From: the human T2T-CHM13v2.0 reference genome, Homo sapiens
Strand: one strand, 5' to 3'
NCBI RefSeq assembly: GCF_009914755.1
Contig: NC_060942.1
DNA: 64,000 bases
The notes under the pieces are model-generated. The model was not told the DNA's origin. It searched no databases and worked only from the letters and a program-made list of their open reading frames with translations. This document shows positions 35,213-50,140 of the stretch, in pieces. How positions within the stretch are numbered: the stretch's first letter is position 1; every line of letters begins with the position of its first letter. The position numbers and the translations under genes are program-made.

Positions 35213-35541
35213 TTTATTTATATATTTTTTAGAGACAGGGTCATGCTATATGTTGCCCACCAGGAGTGCAGTGGTGCAATCTTAGCTCACTGGCTCACTG
35301 CAACCTCGAATTCCTGGGCTCAAGTGATCCTCTCACTTCAGTCTCCCAAGTAGCTAGGACTACAGACATGCACCTCCATGCCCAGCTAATTAAAAAAAAT
35401 TTTTAAAAACGTTTTTTGTAGAGATGTGGTCAGTCTTGTTATGTTTCCCAGGCCGGTCTTGAACCCCTGGGCTTAAGTGACCCTCCTGCCTTGGCCTTTC
35501 AAAGTGCTGGGGTTGCAGGCATGAGCCACTCTGCCTGGCCC
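35213..35541 (-). mobile_element. Alu SINE (AluJ-like)
   Basis: Antisense Alu dimer. Confidence 0.9.
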
Positions 35542-35764
35542 AATGTTTATTTTTAAATATGTGATTGTTAAAGGTGTGAGATACCAGACATATGATATTA
35601 TGTATCTTGTTTTTTAATAGATAATTTATCTTGTACATTTTTTATGTCAGTTCATTCAGAGGCCCTCATTATTTTTAGCAGTTGCACAGTATCCCATAGC
35701 ATGAATATTTCATGATTTACTTAATATTTTCCTACTAATGGACAGAAATTGTAGCAGCTTTCAA

Positions 35765-36053
35765 TTTTTTTTTTTTTTTTTGAGATACAGTCTTGCTCCT
35801 GTTGCCCAGGCTGGAGGGCAGTGGTGTGATCTTGGCTCACTGCAACCTCCGCCTTCCTGGGTTCAAGCTATTCTCCTGCCTCAGCCTCCCGAGTAGCTGG
35901 GACTGCAGGCACCTGCCACCACGCCGGCTAATTTTTTTTGTATTTTTAATAGAGATGGGGTTTCACCATGTTGGCCAGGCTGGTCTCAAGCTCCTGACTT
36001 TGTGATCTGCCCGTCTCAGCCTCCCAAAGTGCTGGGATTATAGGCGTGAGCCA
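35765..36053 (-). mobile_element. Alu SINE, slightly 5'-truncated
   Basis: Antisense Alu; TSD gcagctttcaatttt. Confidence 0.94.
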
Positions 36054-36507
36054 GCAGCTTTCAATTTTGTACCTTGTGTGTATATGTTTGTGTCCTTAGA
36101 TAAGATTGTCTACAGCAGAGATACCCGTAAGTGGACCTGCTGGGAGCAAAGGATAATTTATATTTTCAAAGGGCATTTACAAATTTTGATCTATATTTAC
36201 ATATTATATACCATTAAATAAAGTAGAAATTTTAAAAACATATTGCTGTTCAAATTCTTATAAATTCAACAAGTTCAGATCTTTTCTTGATGGATTCAAC
36301 TACTTCTCATCTAGGTACAAGGTACACACCGCTACATTTGATTAAACATGCTTGATTTGATTAAAATACAGCTATCCTTGTTGTTGTTATTGTTGTTTTT
36401 TTGTTGTTTAAAAACTCTACGGGAGATTCTATTCCAAGCTTGGAACAGTATTCCAAGCTGTTCCCAATGACCATCTTGGTGTGGAGACACAAAGAATGCC
36501 TCAATGA

Positions 36508-36830
<323 letters not shown>

Positions 36831-37194
36831 TTGGTCCAAGATTTAAAGTATGAAGCATTCGGCACAAAACAAAGACTAATCATGTGAAGAGAGACTTTGC
36901 AGGTGTTGATGATGCATAAATCAGAAGAACTCAAGGGAGACGCCAAATCCCTTTAGAATGGCCCAAGTTTTTCTGGGTAGGGGGAAGAAAATGCAATGGC
37001 AATGACTCACCAAAGTCCACCAAAATGTTTTCACTGTACTGATGAGCTATCAAACATCTTTACAGACCTTCAATGCACAATTCCTCTTTGTTCTTTTAAA
37101 TAAGAACGTGACTTCCCATCTTTTCAAACTTATATTTGAATGTCTTTTAAAATGCCTTTGACCTCAATTATTATGACTTTTCTTGTTTTTTAAA

Positions 37195-38195
37195 TGTTGG
37201 ACTTCACCAAAATTAAAAATTTTTGTGAGTCAAAGGACACCTCAAGAAATTGAAAAGACAATCCAAAGAATGGGAGAAAATTTTTGCAAACCATATCTCT
37301 GATAAAGAACTTATATCTAGAATATATAAACAACTCCTACAACTCAATTATTCAAAGACAAATACCTCAATCAAAATGGGTAAAAAATTTGAATAGATAT
37401 TTCTCCAAAGAAAATATACAAGTGACCAACAAGCATATACAAAGATTCTCAAATGGTTAGTCATTTGAGCAATGCAAATCAAAACCACAGTGAATTACTA
37501 CTTCACACCTTCTAAGACAACTACAATAAAAATGGATAGATAAGAATATGTTGTCCAGGATGTGGAGAAATTGGAGCGCTTATACACATCTAGTGGGAAG
37601 AAAAAGGGTACAGCCACTTTGGAAAACAGTCTGGCAGCTCCTCAGAAGGTTATAAATGAAGTTAGTATATGAACCAGCAATTCTGCTCCTAGCTATATAC
37701 TTGGGAGGAATGAAAACATATGCCCACATAAAAACCTGTACACATATGTTCATAGGAGCATTACTCATGATAGCCAAAAGTGAAACAATCCAAAGTTCAT
37801 CAACTGATGGATGAATAAATAAAATGTGGGTTTTCCACACAGTAAAATACTATGCAGCTCTAAAAAGAAATGAACTACTAATGCATGCTACAACATGGAT
37901 TAACCTTGAAAACATTATGCTAAATGAAAGAAAGGGTCACATGTGCAAAATGTCCAGAATGGGCAAATCCATAGAGACAAAGTAGAATGGAGCTATCTGG
38001 GGCTGTGGGGAGGGCTGGAGGGAAATGGGGCATGACTACCAATAGGCATGGGGATTTGTGGGTGCTGAAAATGTTCTAAAATTGATAGTGGTGGTGCACA
38101 GCTGTGAAGATACAAAAAACCATTGCATCGTACACTTAAAAAATGGGTGTGTTATATAGTATGTGCATTATATCTAAATAAAGTGGTTACTACAA
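37195..38195 (+). mobile_element. L1MB-type 3' fragment
   Basis: ggacttcaccaaaattaaaaatttttgtg...atgcaaatcaaaaccacagtg...ccttgaaaacattatgctaaatgaaag...ctaaataaag. Confidence 0.88.
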
Positions 38196-38745
38196 AAAGC
38201 AATATCCTTTGGAAGTTGCTTACATGTGAATATAAGGCTTTTCCCTTTCTGTGGATGCCACAGCGATTTCGAGAGGGGTAATACTGGTGGTGGTGAGAAT
38301 CTTATGTGTCCTCATAAGTGAAACCGATGTTTAAGCACTGAGGTAAAGTGCTTAAATTAATCTGCTTTTTGTCTGCTTTTTGCTCCTGGCCCCTGGCTGG
38401 TGGGCTCATTTTTCTCTCTGTATGCTGATCTTGTGTGTCCAACAAAAGCATAATTTCCAAATTTGAGCATGAGGTCTTTTGTCTACAATGGAAGTCATTG
38501 CACAGACTAGAGTGTAAAGAAACAAATTGTGTTTGTGTGTATGTTTGCAAATCCATGTGTAAGTGGGAGGCCGATGAAGGGAGAAGTGTCAGCCCCCAAG
38601 CCATTGTTTGTTCCTGTGTGCTGCATCCTAGGCTCCCCCGAGTTGGCCTGTTTAGGCGCACAAGGCACCTCATCTCGGCTGCTTCTTTCTTGGACCCCCC
38701 CTAGTTGTTGGGTCTCGATGTGTAGCAACAACCTGGGGGCCGGGT

Positions 38746-39140
38746 ACTCACCAACCTCTATCCTAGCCTTCTTTTCTATCAAGGTTTGTTTTCCGTTTTC
38801 TTCTTCTTTTTCGTAAGCTGTTATAGTCTCTGGAATGACTTGGGTCTGCCGTGTATGTGTTATTTTTTAAGAATCCTGGAGAATCTATTTTTACTCCTCT
38901 GTTCAGGTGTCCAAATGCTGAAGACATTTTCTCCCAATCAACGGCAACCCACCCACAATGTCAGTGCGTTCTCTGATTAGGCCTCTTGATGACGGCCGGA
39001 TCCCTGCCCGGCTCTGCGCCCGCGATGCTCCTGGGGTGCCCACACAGAACTGCTCCTGACGAGGAAAAAAGGGGGACGTTCCAGGCCCAGTCTGGATCCA
39101 GTGCAATGAGCGAGAGCCTTGGGGAAAAGGCGCTGCCAGA
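38746..39140 (-). promoter_or_regulatory. CpG-enriched promoter-like patch with minus-strand 5' splice site
   Basis: CpG cluster ~38990-39070; cccaatcaacggcaacc motif cluster; minus-strand TTG|GTGAGT donor at 38752/38751. Confidence 0.4.
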
Positions 39141-39537
39141 ATTTTATTTTGTTAAAAACTGTATTGAGAAAACAAAGATAATCTCTAGAATTGGTTCTAA
39201 AATTCAAGTGAAACCTGTAAACATGCAGGTGACAGGGCTCTGGCTGCCTCCCTGGCCTCGTCTTCTACCCCTTGTCCCTTGTCCTCCTGCTGCCAGCCAC
39301 TGGCCTTCTTGCTGCTCCCTGTATCATACAACCACGCTCCTGCTGCAAGGCCTTTTCTGGGTTTGTAAAATGAAAACCCAGGTACTTCTCCCTTTAAAAA
39401 AAATCCACCTTACTTTACAGACTGAAAAATAATGACTGCTTCCCTTCTCATATGTTTTTAAATAATCTATGCAGCAGTTGTGCATTCATTCACTTCATTT
39501 GTGCTCCCACTGATGGAAGTAGTTTTGAAGAACAGGC

Positions 39538-40657
39538 TGTATTAGTTTCCTGTTGCTGCTGTAACAAATTACCACAAGCTTAGAGGCTTAGAAAACCCAC
39601 AGAGTTATTATCTTACAGTTCTGGAGGCTGGAAGGCTGGAATGGGTCTTAAGGGCTGCAGTCAAGGTCTCAGCAGGGCTGAGTTGCTTACGGATGCTGGA
39701 GGGGACAGCCTGTTCCTTTGCTTTGTAGGGGCCCAAGGAAAACATCCCCTTCGCCCTCTGAAGGTTCACTGAAAAACTGGCTGACAAAAAGCAGATTAAT
39801 AGAAAAAAAGGCATGCAACATTTATTCTAATGTGCATAGCATGGGAGAATTGCAGGAGAATGAGTACTCAATAACTCAGTGGAGTACAGATCTTATAAAG
39901 CCTTCTGCCTAGGGGAGGGGGACATGGGGGAATGTAGACCATTCTTTTGAGGGGCAGTAAATGATCATTAGGGAGAATGAATGGGCCTAGAAGACAGAAA
40001 TTAACTTGTAAATGGAATTTGGATTTTGAATGAACCCGGGAGGTATTGTCTTGTGAAAAGGTCTGTCCAGGTGGGTTTGCATCCTCAGTGTTCTTTTCTG
40101 AGATAGCGAATGAGATTTACAGGGATGGGAGGTGGAAGGCAACTGTGGTTCTCTTTGGGGTCTGGTTCCCAGGTGGATAAGAGAATACCGAAGAAAAGCT
40201 TCGCCCTATGCCTTAGGAGAAACAGAGGATTGAAAGGGAGCAGGGGAGCAGGTCAGAGAGACCTTGAGGACTTTGAGGCTACTTCTGTAGTTCAGTCATA
40301 TTTTGGGGTAAAGTGTGCTGGCTTCCTTCAGCCTTTTTTCCCTCCTAGAGGCAGTCTATATTTCTTGGCTGTGGCCCTTTCTTACATCTTCAAAGCCAGT
40401 GGTGCAGCATCCTCCAATGCTTCCTTCTCTCTCCAACTCTGCTTCTGCTGTCATCTCCTCCCCTGACCCAGACCCTCCTGCCTCCCTTTTATAAGATCCC
40501 TCAGATGACATTGATCTCACTGGGATAATCTCTTCATCTCAAGATCCTGAACTTAATCACATCTGCAAAGTCCATTTTGTCATGTAAGGTAACAAATTCA
40601 CAGGTTCTAGGGATTGGGATTTAGACATCTTTGGGGGGCATTATTCTCCCATCCACA
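39538..40657 (-). mobile_element. MLT1D-type MaLR LTR split by a nested ERV1 LTR
   Basis: tgtattagtttcctgttgctgctgtaacaaattaccac ... cttaatcacatctgcaaagtcc ... attattctcccatccaca. Confidence 0.85.
39724..40330 (-). mobile_element. MER34/MER39-group ERV1 solo LTR
   Basis: Left end is the reverse complement of the terminus seen at ~30110-30154 (tgtaggggcccaaggaaaac...ccctctgaaggtt); right end atattttggggta...ccttca; flanks gctt/gcct. Confidence 0.75.
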
Positions 40658-41594
40658 GAGGTCAAAGGCTGAGATAATTCAAATGCATTATTTTGCACCA
40701 AATGCTCCCATTTGGTTTTTATGATGACGATGATGATGACTAGATAGGCCCCTATGTAGTACTAGGAAACCAAAAATAGTTACAGAAAATAGAAATAAAC
40801 CTGTTAAAATACTTAATGAGAATAAACCAGTAAAAATTACAGAGGCACATGTGGGCTTAGTGAATAATATCTTTCTAATGCAGAGAAGATGTCATCCATG
40901 GAAAAGGCTATCAGTGGTATGTGTGGTCTTGGGTTTGGACTAGCTATGGTGCGTGCCAGCATGGAACTCTCCAACTTCAGCAGTCCTTGGTTCTGACAAG
41001 GAACTCTCAGCATTTGACCAATCACCTGCAGTCACAGGTGAGAACATGGGGCCCTCACTGAGCAAAGACCAAGCCTTTTAAGTGTACCTCAAAAATAAGC
41101 TAAGTTAATGGAAAATAGGAGTGAATGACTGCAGTGTTTATTTTTAAATTGCTTTCAAGTGGTGCATCTGTTGTATAAAACAAGACATTTCAGCTCAATA
41201 AATTTTTGGACAATGTCTCCTCTAGTTATCAGAAACTTGGTATTAATGACGAACTCTGGCTTCTAGCTCAAAGTCAAAGAACAGTGGAAAATGAATGTGC
41301 TTCAATGAGGAACCACAACCTAATAGAGATTTCATGGAGTGTGTTGTTCGCATTTTTACATTGTCTTAGATGAAAGCAGTGAATAAGTACCAAATGGTGA
41401 ATCTTGAAACCCATCATGGGAGAATTAGCAGTGGTTATTTGTGCAACAAGCAGAAGTAATGAGTATTACAAGAGAACTTAGGTTTCTAAAAACAAGTTTA
41501 GGAAAAATGCTCATGATAATCAAAATAGGAACACATGAAATGGCTTTAGATTTTTTGGGCATAGATATATGGTCACATTAAAGTAAATGAGAGG

Positions 41595-41947
<353 letters not shown>

Positions 41948-42118
41948 TCACTGTGGTTTGTATTATTTAACTAAGATGAGTCATACGAAAGTAGTATTAC
42001 CATGAGTACAATGGAGGCTGCATGATCCTCTTGGCAGTTTTACCTCGTTCTTACCAGTATTCATTCCTTCTAAAATATTACCAGAAAACTATGCAAAATG
42101 TGGGCTTCCTTTTGACTC

Positions 42119-42557
42119 TGTTGGTGCTCAGAAACCGATACCCCAAAATATGGCACTTTGATATGTCGAACTGAAGAAGGCTCTCAAGGTCTCTCTGACC
42201 CCCCGCCCCAAGCTCTTATCCTCTGTCTCTTGCAAAACACAGGATGAAGTTCTCTGAAGTGCCCTCACCTGCCTAAAGTCTGGACTTGTCAAAAAAACAA
42301 TTCCCTTTGGTTCTTTCCCAAGTCTTTATTAACTGGACTTATATCACAGGAAGAAAGACTTAAATCTGTCAACACGCCTGGACTGACTTCTGTCACAAAC
42401 CATTGCCTGCTCTGTGGGTCCAATAGACTTTGTCTCAGGCCACTGCATGTTCTTCAAGCTCATTGGATTCCCCTAAGAAGAATTTACTACCCCTGTAAAA
42501 GCATCCACACTTCTCCATCCTCTTTTCCCTAAGAAGAGGGGTATACAAGCATCTGTG
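42119..42557 (+). mobile_element. MER39-like LTR, 3'-truncated
   Basis: Collinear with 29132-29620 (tgttggtgctcagaaacc...ccccaaaatatgg...tgcctaaagtctggac). Confidence 0.8.
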
Positions 42558-43384
42558 CTTTTTCCAAAGTCTTTCTTCATCTGAAACATGAGAGTTGGAC
42601 TAGTTATAATTCCTCAGTTTCCTTCCAGTGCTAAAATTTGATCGTATCGGGAAAAGATGATAATATGGCAGAAAGATAGGGAGGAAACTTTTAAAAGATG
42701 AAGATAGGTGACTCCAAAACAACAGAATAAGCTAGATGTTTTTGCCTCATTCCCCCCTGCTTAATCCTTTCAATCCTCACTGCTTGGGAAAGGTCAATTT
42801 TCACTAACCTGCCCTGCCTTCAAAGGAAGAGACCATGGAGAGTGAGTTGTTTCTATCCCACAAACATTTCAAACCTGTGAGATACTAAAAATAATTTCTA
42901 CTTCTACAACACCTTTTTTTCTGAGGATTACAAACAACTATGATTAGGTTCATCTGGCAAATGGGAAAATTTGCTCTTTGGGTTAAGTAGCTTTTCAAGG
43001 TCATTACACGTTGGCAGGCTCCTCTGGCACTCAGCTTTGTGAATCAGATGTAATCCTTACAGGGTCGGGCTTGGCAATCCTATCACTATCATTCTAGAGC
43101 TACTTTTGCCATATAATGTAGCCATTATAAAGGAGAGCTACAAAGCACCTGTAAATACACAGAGAAATAGTTATGAATCAATGTTTAAGTGAAAAAAGGG
43201 TAGAACACAAAACTACATGTCCATTATTGTTACAGCCACCTAAAAATATGTGTGCTATGAACAAAACAGTGAAAACACATGCTGAAAACAAACAACAGCC
43301 ACAACAAAACCATTCCTGTTCTGTGGTGATATTACAGCTAATTGTTTCATTTTCAAACATTCTTCTAATGTGACAGATCATTTA

Positions 43385-44200
43385 TACATTTATCGATTCA
43401 TTCGCACAATTAATTTAGCACGTACTCTGTGCCAGCACCTACAGTGCTAGTATATCACAGAAGAAACAGATGGATATTATGGTGCTAGTCCCTGATTGAG
43501 CCCTCGCTGTGAGTCTAGCAGGGGAGAGACACATGTAGACGAACAGTTCTGACACAGTGCAATATGTCTCGTAATGAGGGCCTTTCGGATAATTTACTAG
43601 AGAAATGTTTAGAAGATATAATTAACAGACTTTAATAACCTACTGCAATAGAGGCTGTGGGAAGAATGGCAACAAACAGAGAGGAAAGAACAAGTAAGAG
43701 TCTGAGCATGAAAAGCCCCCTTGTGATAAGTTTCAACACAGAGGTGCCAGGGAGCCATCCAGAAAAAGCTGGAAACTTCTCAGAGATGTGGAGCTCAGAC
43801 GGAAGGCCGGGGCCGAAGAGGTAAGTTTGGGGGTTAAAGTCAAGCAGATAATAGATGAATCTGCAAGGGTGGATGAGATTGTCTAAAGAGACTATATTGG
43901 ATAAGAAGAGGCAGTGATCAAGGCAGGATCATAGGGTGTATCAATATTTAAAGGGACAATGAAGGAAGGGGACCCCCAAAAGACACTGAGAAAATGTCTG
44001 ATTTTTAGGAAGAGAGCAAAGAGAGAGGGGCATCACTTAAGTCAACAGGAAAGTTCCTAGAAGATAGTGGTCAACAGTGTAAAATATTAAGGAAATGTCA
44101 AAAAAGATGAGTTTGCAGAAATATCCCTCGGCTGTGGCATTTGGGAGGACATGAGTGAGGTTAAGAGTGATGAGGACCCAAGAGTTAATGAGAAATATCA
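43385..44200 (-). mobile_element. L2 LINE fragment
   Basis: ttcattcgcac...gtactctgtgccagcacc and purine-rich L2-like body. Confidence 0.6.
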
Positions 44201-44640
44201 AGGAGGTAACAGATATGAAACAACAATAAAAAGGAAATATCTGAATTTAGGCACCATGCTAAGATAACTAGCAATGATATTTTTAATGGTCAGAAGCTAT
44301 GTTTTAGGAAATATCATAAGCAGTAGCTCTGATACATAGATTATTTCAGAGTCAAAGAAAATTCTTTTAGCCTAACTGTGGGCAAATGTTGGTAAGTTCT
44401 TCATGGCTTTCAAATATCAACTAGGTACAGTAGCTGACTTTTAGTTTGAGGAGATGCCTATTAGCCCCCAGATGGTATGTTAGAATCAGTGGAAAATTGT
44501 AAAATTCTCAGTCTCCAAAAAAAATTTTAGAATGACCTTCTTTCTCTTTGTTCAGTTGGTAGACAAGCAGATGCCCACTGAATGGTGGAACTTGGCTCTT
44601 CTTTGTTTGGACAGTTTCAAAATCTTCCTAAGTCTTTGCT

Positions 44641-44951
44641 TCTTTTACTTTTTTTTTCTTTTTTTTTTTGAGACAGGATCTTACTGTGTCACCCAGGTTG
44701 GAGTACAGTGGCATGATGATAGCTCACTGTAGCCTCGAACTCCTGGGCTCAAGCAATCCTCCTGCCTTAGCCTCCTGAGTAGCTGGGTCCACAGGTGTGC
44801 ATCACCATGACCGGCTAATTTTTAAAATTGTGTGTAGAGATGGGGTCTTGCTATGTTGCCCAGGCTTGTCTCAAAATCCCGGGCTCAAGTGATCCTCCTG
44901 CCTTGGCCTCCCAAGTGCTAGGATTACAAGCATCAGGCATTGTGCCTGGCC
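44641..44951 (-). mobile_element. Alu SINE (AluJ-like)
   Basis: Antisense Alu; agtctttg(c/t)ttcttt on both flanks. Confidence 0.93.
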
Positions 44952-45885
44952 AGTCTTTGTTTCTTTAATCTTTAAAATGAATAAGTTGGATTAGGTCATG
45001 ATTTTCATTATCTAGTTGATTAGAGGAAAGCAGGAAACAGACATCAGATTTAACTCAAGGAAGAGTATTTGCCTGCATTTCCTTTTAAATTGGATATATC
45101 CACGAAAGAAGTTGGGGAAAAGGGAAGGACTCATGGCTTGTAGGGAAGTGGATAGTGCATTTGTGGCGGCAGGCAGTGGGGAAGGTTTCCTTTGCAGGAG
45201 TCATTGTGAGGGGTTTGGCAGGGCTTCAGCATCTGTCACAAGGGGGTTGGTAGATTTATGTGCTTCTCTAGGAGGCCCCTGAACTTGCTTTCAGCATGAG
45301 ATAAATCACTGTCACTTTGCAGACAGGCACAGACAAACATGGAGGCTACTTTCGCTTCATTAAAACAAAAGAACCAACCAGGCTCCCGCAGATGTGGTTT
45401 CTGCCTCTCAGAAATGACAGAATCAATTAGTGCAGGTTCACCTAGATGGTACACCATGGACATGGCTTTTGGGCTGCGGCAATAAAGACCTGTCAACTAT
45501 GATGATGTTTCTGGGGAACGGTGGGGGAATATGTGGCAGCTCCTCAGGATATGAAAAATGATATCCCTCAGAAAAGTAGGCACAGGCATTGTAATAATAC
45601 ACTTGACAAGCACCTTATCTTCTAGGAACTTTGCAAGGCATGATGATAATTACTAATCAAAATTGGCTTAATATAGCATAGCAGTACTCACTAGAAATCA
45701 GCGCAGATGGGAAGGCTGTGAAAACCAGCATTTTTTTCTCTTGTAATTTCATATACAGTTGTTACTACAATGGTGTCAGAAAGCTCAAAGTGGCTTATAA
45801 GAACAATGGATCCAAAAGTTGGCTTGAGTCCAGAGCTGTCAAAGCTTAGTCTGCACTGTATGATGCCATTTATTGAAGGAAGGTG

Positions 45886-45934
45886 ATGTGCACATGTGCG
45901 TGTGTGTGTGTGTGTGCACGCATGTGTGTGTGTG
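45886..45934. repeat. Alternating purine-pyrimidine (GT)n-type microsatellite
   Basis: gtgcacatgtgcgtgtgtgtgtgtgtgtgcacgcatgtgtgtgtgtgt. Confidence 0.9.
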
Positions 45935-46149
45935 TTAGACAGGGAAAGAGATGGATTGATAGAAATCTTATTCAGACAAAAACACAATATTTACTTAGGA
46001 GTCAATGATAATCATTATGCAATACATGGCATTATACACAGTCATGTATTTTATGTGAATTAAAATGTATTTTCCTAGAGAGTATAACAATTTCAGTAAT
46101 ACTGAATGTAATCTACTGAAATGAAGCACAATTGAAATAAGCAAATGAA

Positions 46150-46316
46150 GCTGGGTGTGGTGGTACACGCCTGTGGTCTCACCTACTCGGGAGGCTGAGG
46201 CAGGAGGATTGCCTGAGCTCAGGAGGTTGAGGCTGCAGTGAGCTATGATTGTGCCACTGCACTCCAGCCTAAGCAACAGAGCGAGATTCTGCATTTAAAA
46301 AATAAAATTAAAAAAA
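46150..46316 (+). mobile_element. Alu right monomer (FRAM-like)
   Basis: Single monomer with A tail; gcaaatg on both flanks. Confidence 0.88.
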
Positions 46317-46354
46317 GGCAAATGGGCAATTCATCATTTTTTAACAGCAAAGTA

Positions 46355-47430
<1,076 letters not shown>

Positions 47431-47699
47431 ACAAGTGCGGCGCTGTTAATATCCCATGGAATACGACTCGACCAATGAAAGGCAGGAGACCAGGAGGAAT
47501 TAGCAGATGAATTGCTTGCCCTCTCTCTCTGAGAAGGACTGTTTCAGCACACCACGGTTCCATATGGCCTCTCCAGAGTCATCCATGTGATCCAATGGCC
47601 AGCTCTGTTTTCTTCCACAGCCCATGTCTGATCCGTGAATGCACCCTGCCAGCCCTGCCCTCAGGATGGGCACATACCTGTCCACTGCCCCACCCTGTT

Positions 47700-48462
47700 C
47701 TCACTCTCACTGTCCCGGAGGGCTGTGTGGCTTTCCCTGACTTCCATCCTTGCCTCCCTCCAATTTCTTCTCGATAGAGCAGCCAGATTTATTCCTTTGA
47801 AGTGCTGCTCCTCCACCCAAGGCTGTCAGAGTCCCCGTGTCACTCAGAGTACAACCCAAAGTATTGACTTCCATTCTTCCCCCTTCCAATTTCTTCTTGA
47901 TAGAGCAGCCAGATTTATCCCCTTAAAGTGCTGGTCCTCCACCCAAGGCTGTTAGAGTCCCATGTCACTTAGAGTACAACTCGAAGTGCTCCCCGTGGCC
48001 CATGCTGTCTGGCTCCCTTCCCTCCTGCCTTCTTGAGCCTAGCTCTCTCTTTGCGCTCTCTGCTGTGGCCACCCCTGCTCTCCTGCATGGCCTCCTGCAC
48101 ACCAGGCACACCTCCAGGACTTGCTGCTTTCTGTCTGACTCACTTTCCCCTTGCACAGCTGCATGCCCCACTCTGCGACCCCCTGACACTATCCCCTTGT
48201 GAGTGTGGCCTTTCGTAATCACTTTCTCTGAACAGCACCTCCTCCTGCTTAACTTTTTCCTTCTTAGCCGTTATCCTAGTCTTCCTTGCTCTTTATGTCA
48301 CTTATCTGTCTTGCTGGTTTTTGTCTTCCCTACTAGGATGCAAGCTCTGTAAGGGCAGGGGCTACTGCCTGTTTTGTTCACTGTGGTATCCCCAGTGTCC
48401 AGCACAGTGCCTGGTACACAGCAAGGTTAAGTACCAGCTGAACAAATGAACCCATGAATGAA
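47700..48462 (+). mobile_element. L2 LINE 3' fragment
   Basis: ccctactaggatgcaagctctgtaagggcagggg...gcacagtgcctggtacacag...atgaatgaa. Confidence 0.8.
47738..47990 (+). repeat. Tandem duplication, 2 x ~127 bp
   Basis: Units start tgacttccat at 47738 and 47865; shared core gatagagcagccagattta...tcctccacccaaggctgt. Confidence 0.92.
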
Positions 48463-49664
48463 CGAGGACACCACATATACTTAAATGCTTCATTCCTAAC
48501 TCTGCACGTCTCCTCCCTTCTCCTTTGTCAAGAAGGGCCTGGCTGGCTAGGTCCCAGTTGTCTCTTAGTTCCACCTGCCCTCAGACTCTCCTGTTTGGCT
48601 GCACAACTTCCTTTAACCCTTCTCTAACTGTGGCAGCATGGAAGGTGACAGCTTGGAGGTCAGTGACGAGGCAGGAAACTTGTTAGCTAGGACAGAACAT
48701 ATACAGAAGAGACTCAGTGCAGCTGACAGTGTGCATTATTGTGATACATGTTCAAAGCCCATCTCAATTATAGGCATGGATTCATTTATTTCTGACTTCA
48801 AAACTCTCCGTGTCAAAGTCTTGCTCTTACTACCTTGTTGAACTTGACTATAGCAATGGGGAATGGCACCTGGAAAGGGTCCCGTGGAGAACCCACCCAG
48901 GATGCTGTCAGTCAGCACTGACCATGGGGCTGAAGGTGGAAGGTTCCTCTATGTATAAAGAGAGCTTCTCACACTCGGGGCTTTTGTGTGGGACAGGAAA
49001 GGCTGACATAAAACAATGGGATTGAGTCATTCATGTGGGACCATACGTAGCCACAAAGGTGTGACTTGGCCCACTGCCCCCCTAGAGGGCAGATTGCAGA
49101 AGTTGGCAGAAATGTCACCTAATTATCAAGGTGGCTGTGTGGCTGGGAGTTACTGCTCAATCTATTCAGCAGCGGAGGAAGCTCTGCCAGTTCTCAGCAC
49201 ATAGGATCTGGCTAATCTGATAACATATGGAGGAGAAAAAGTGCGTCACTGGTTTCCTCTCGCACCACGCCTGACTTCTGCAAAGCAGCTTCTCTCCCAC
49301 TTATCTCCCACTGCGAAGCCTTAGGCATTCATTCCTGTGTGATGGAGTCAGCATCCTGAAGAATATGGAATATCTTAGAGATGCAAACGATCCAATGAAT
49401 ACTTATTTATTGGTCAGGGAGAATGTAACTGAAGCCAATTTCCCTTGTGAGTTACTCACTTACTTCCAAATTGGCATGAGTGTAAGACTCCGTGGACATA
49501 TATAACTCATTCTAGCCAGGATCCAGAGGATCACAGAGACACCCACTGAGTGTCCTAAGTGACAGGGGAGATGGATGTCATGAAAAGCCAGGAAGAAACC
49601 CCCAAATTCCTTGAAACAGACACAGAGATTTTCTTATTGGAAACTAAGCTAAACACTTATTTAA

Positions 49665-50140
<476 letters not shown>

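Noticed and set aside
36420-36470. Palindrome ttccaagcttggaa and adjacent mini-hairpin
   Set aside because: Too short to distinguish from chance or local slippage.
38290-38356. Two small hairpins around gaaac resembling a hammerhead ribozyme
   Set aside because: The CUGANGA core is missing and the stems do not form a three-way junction.
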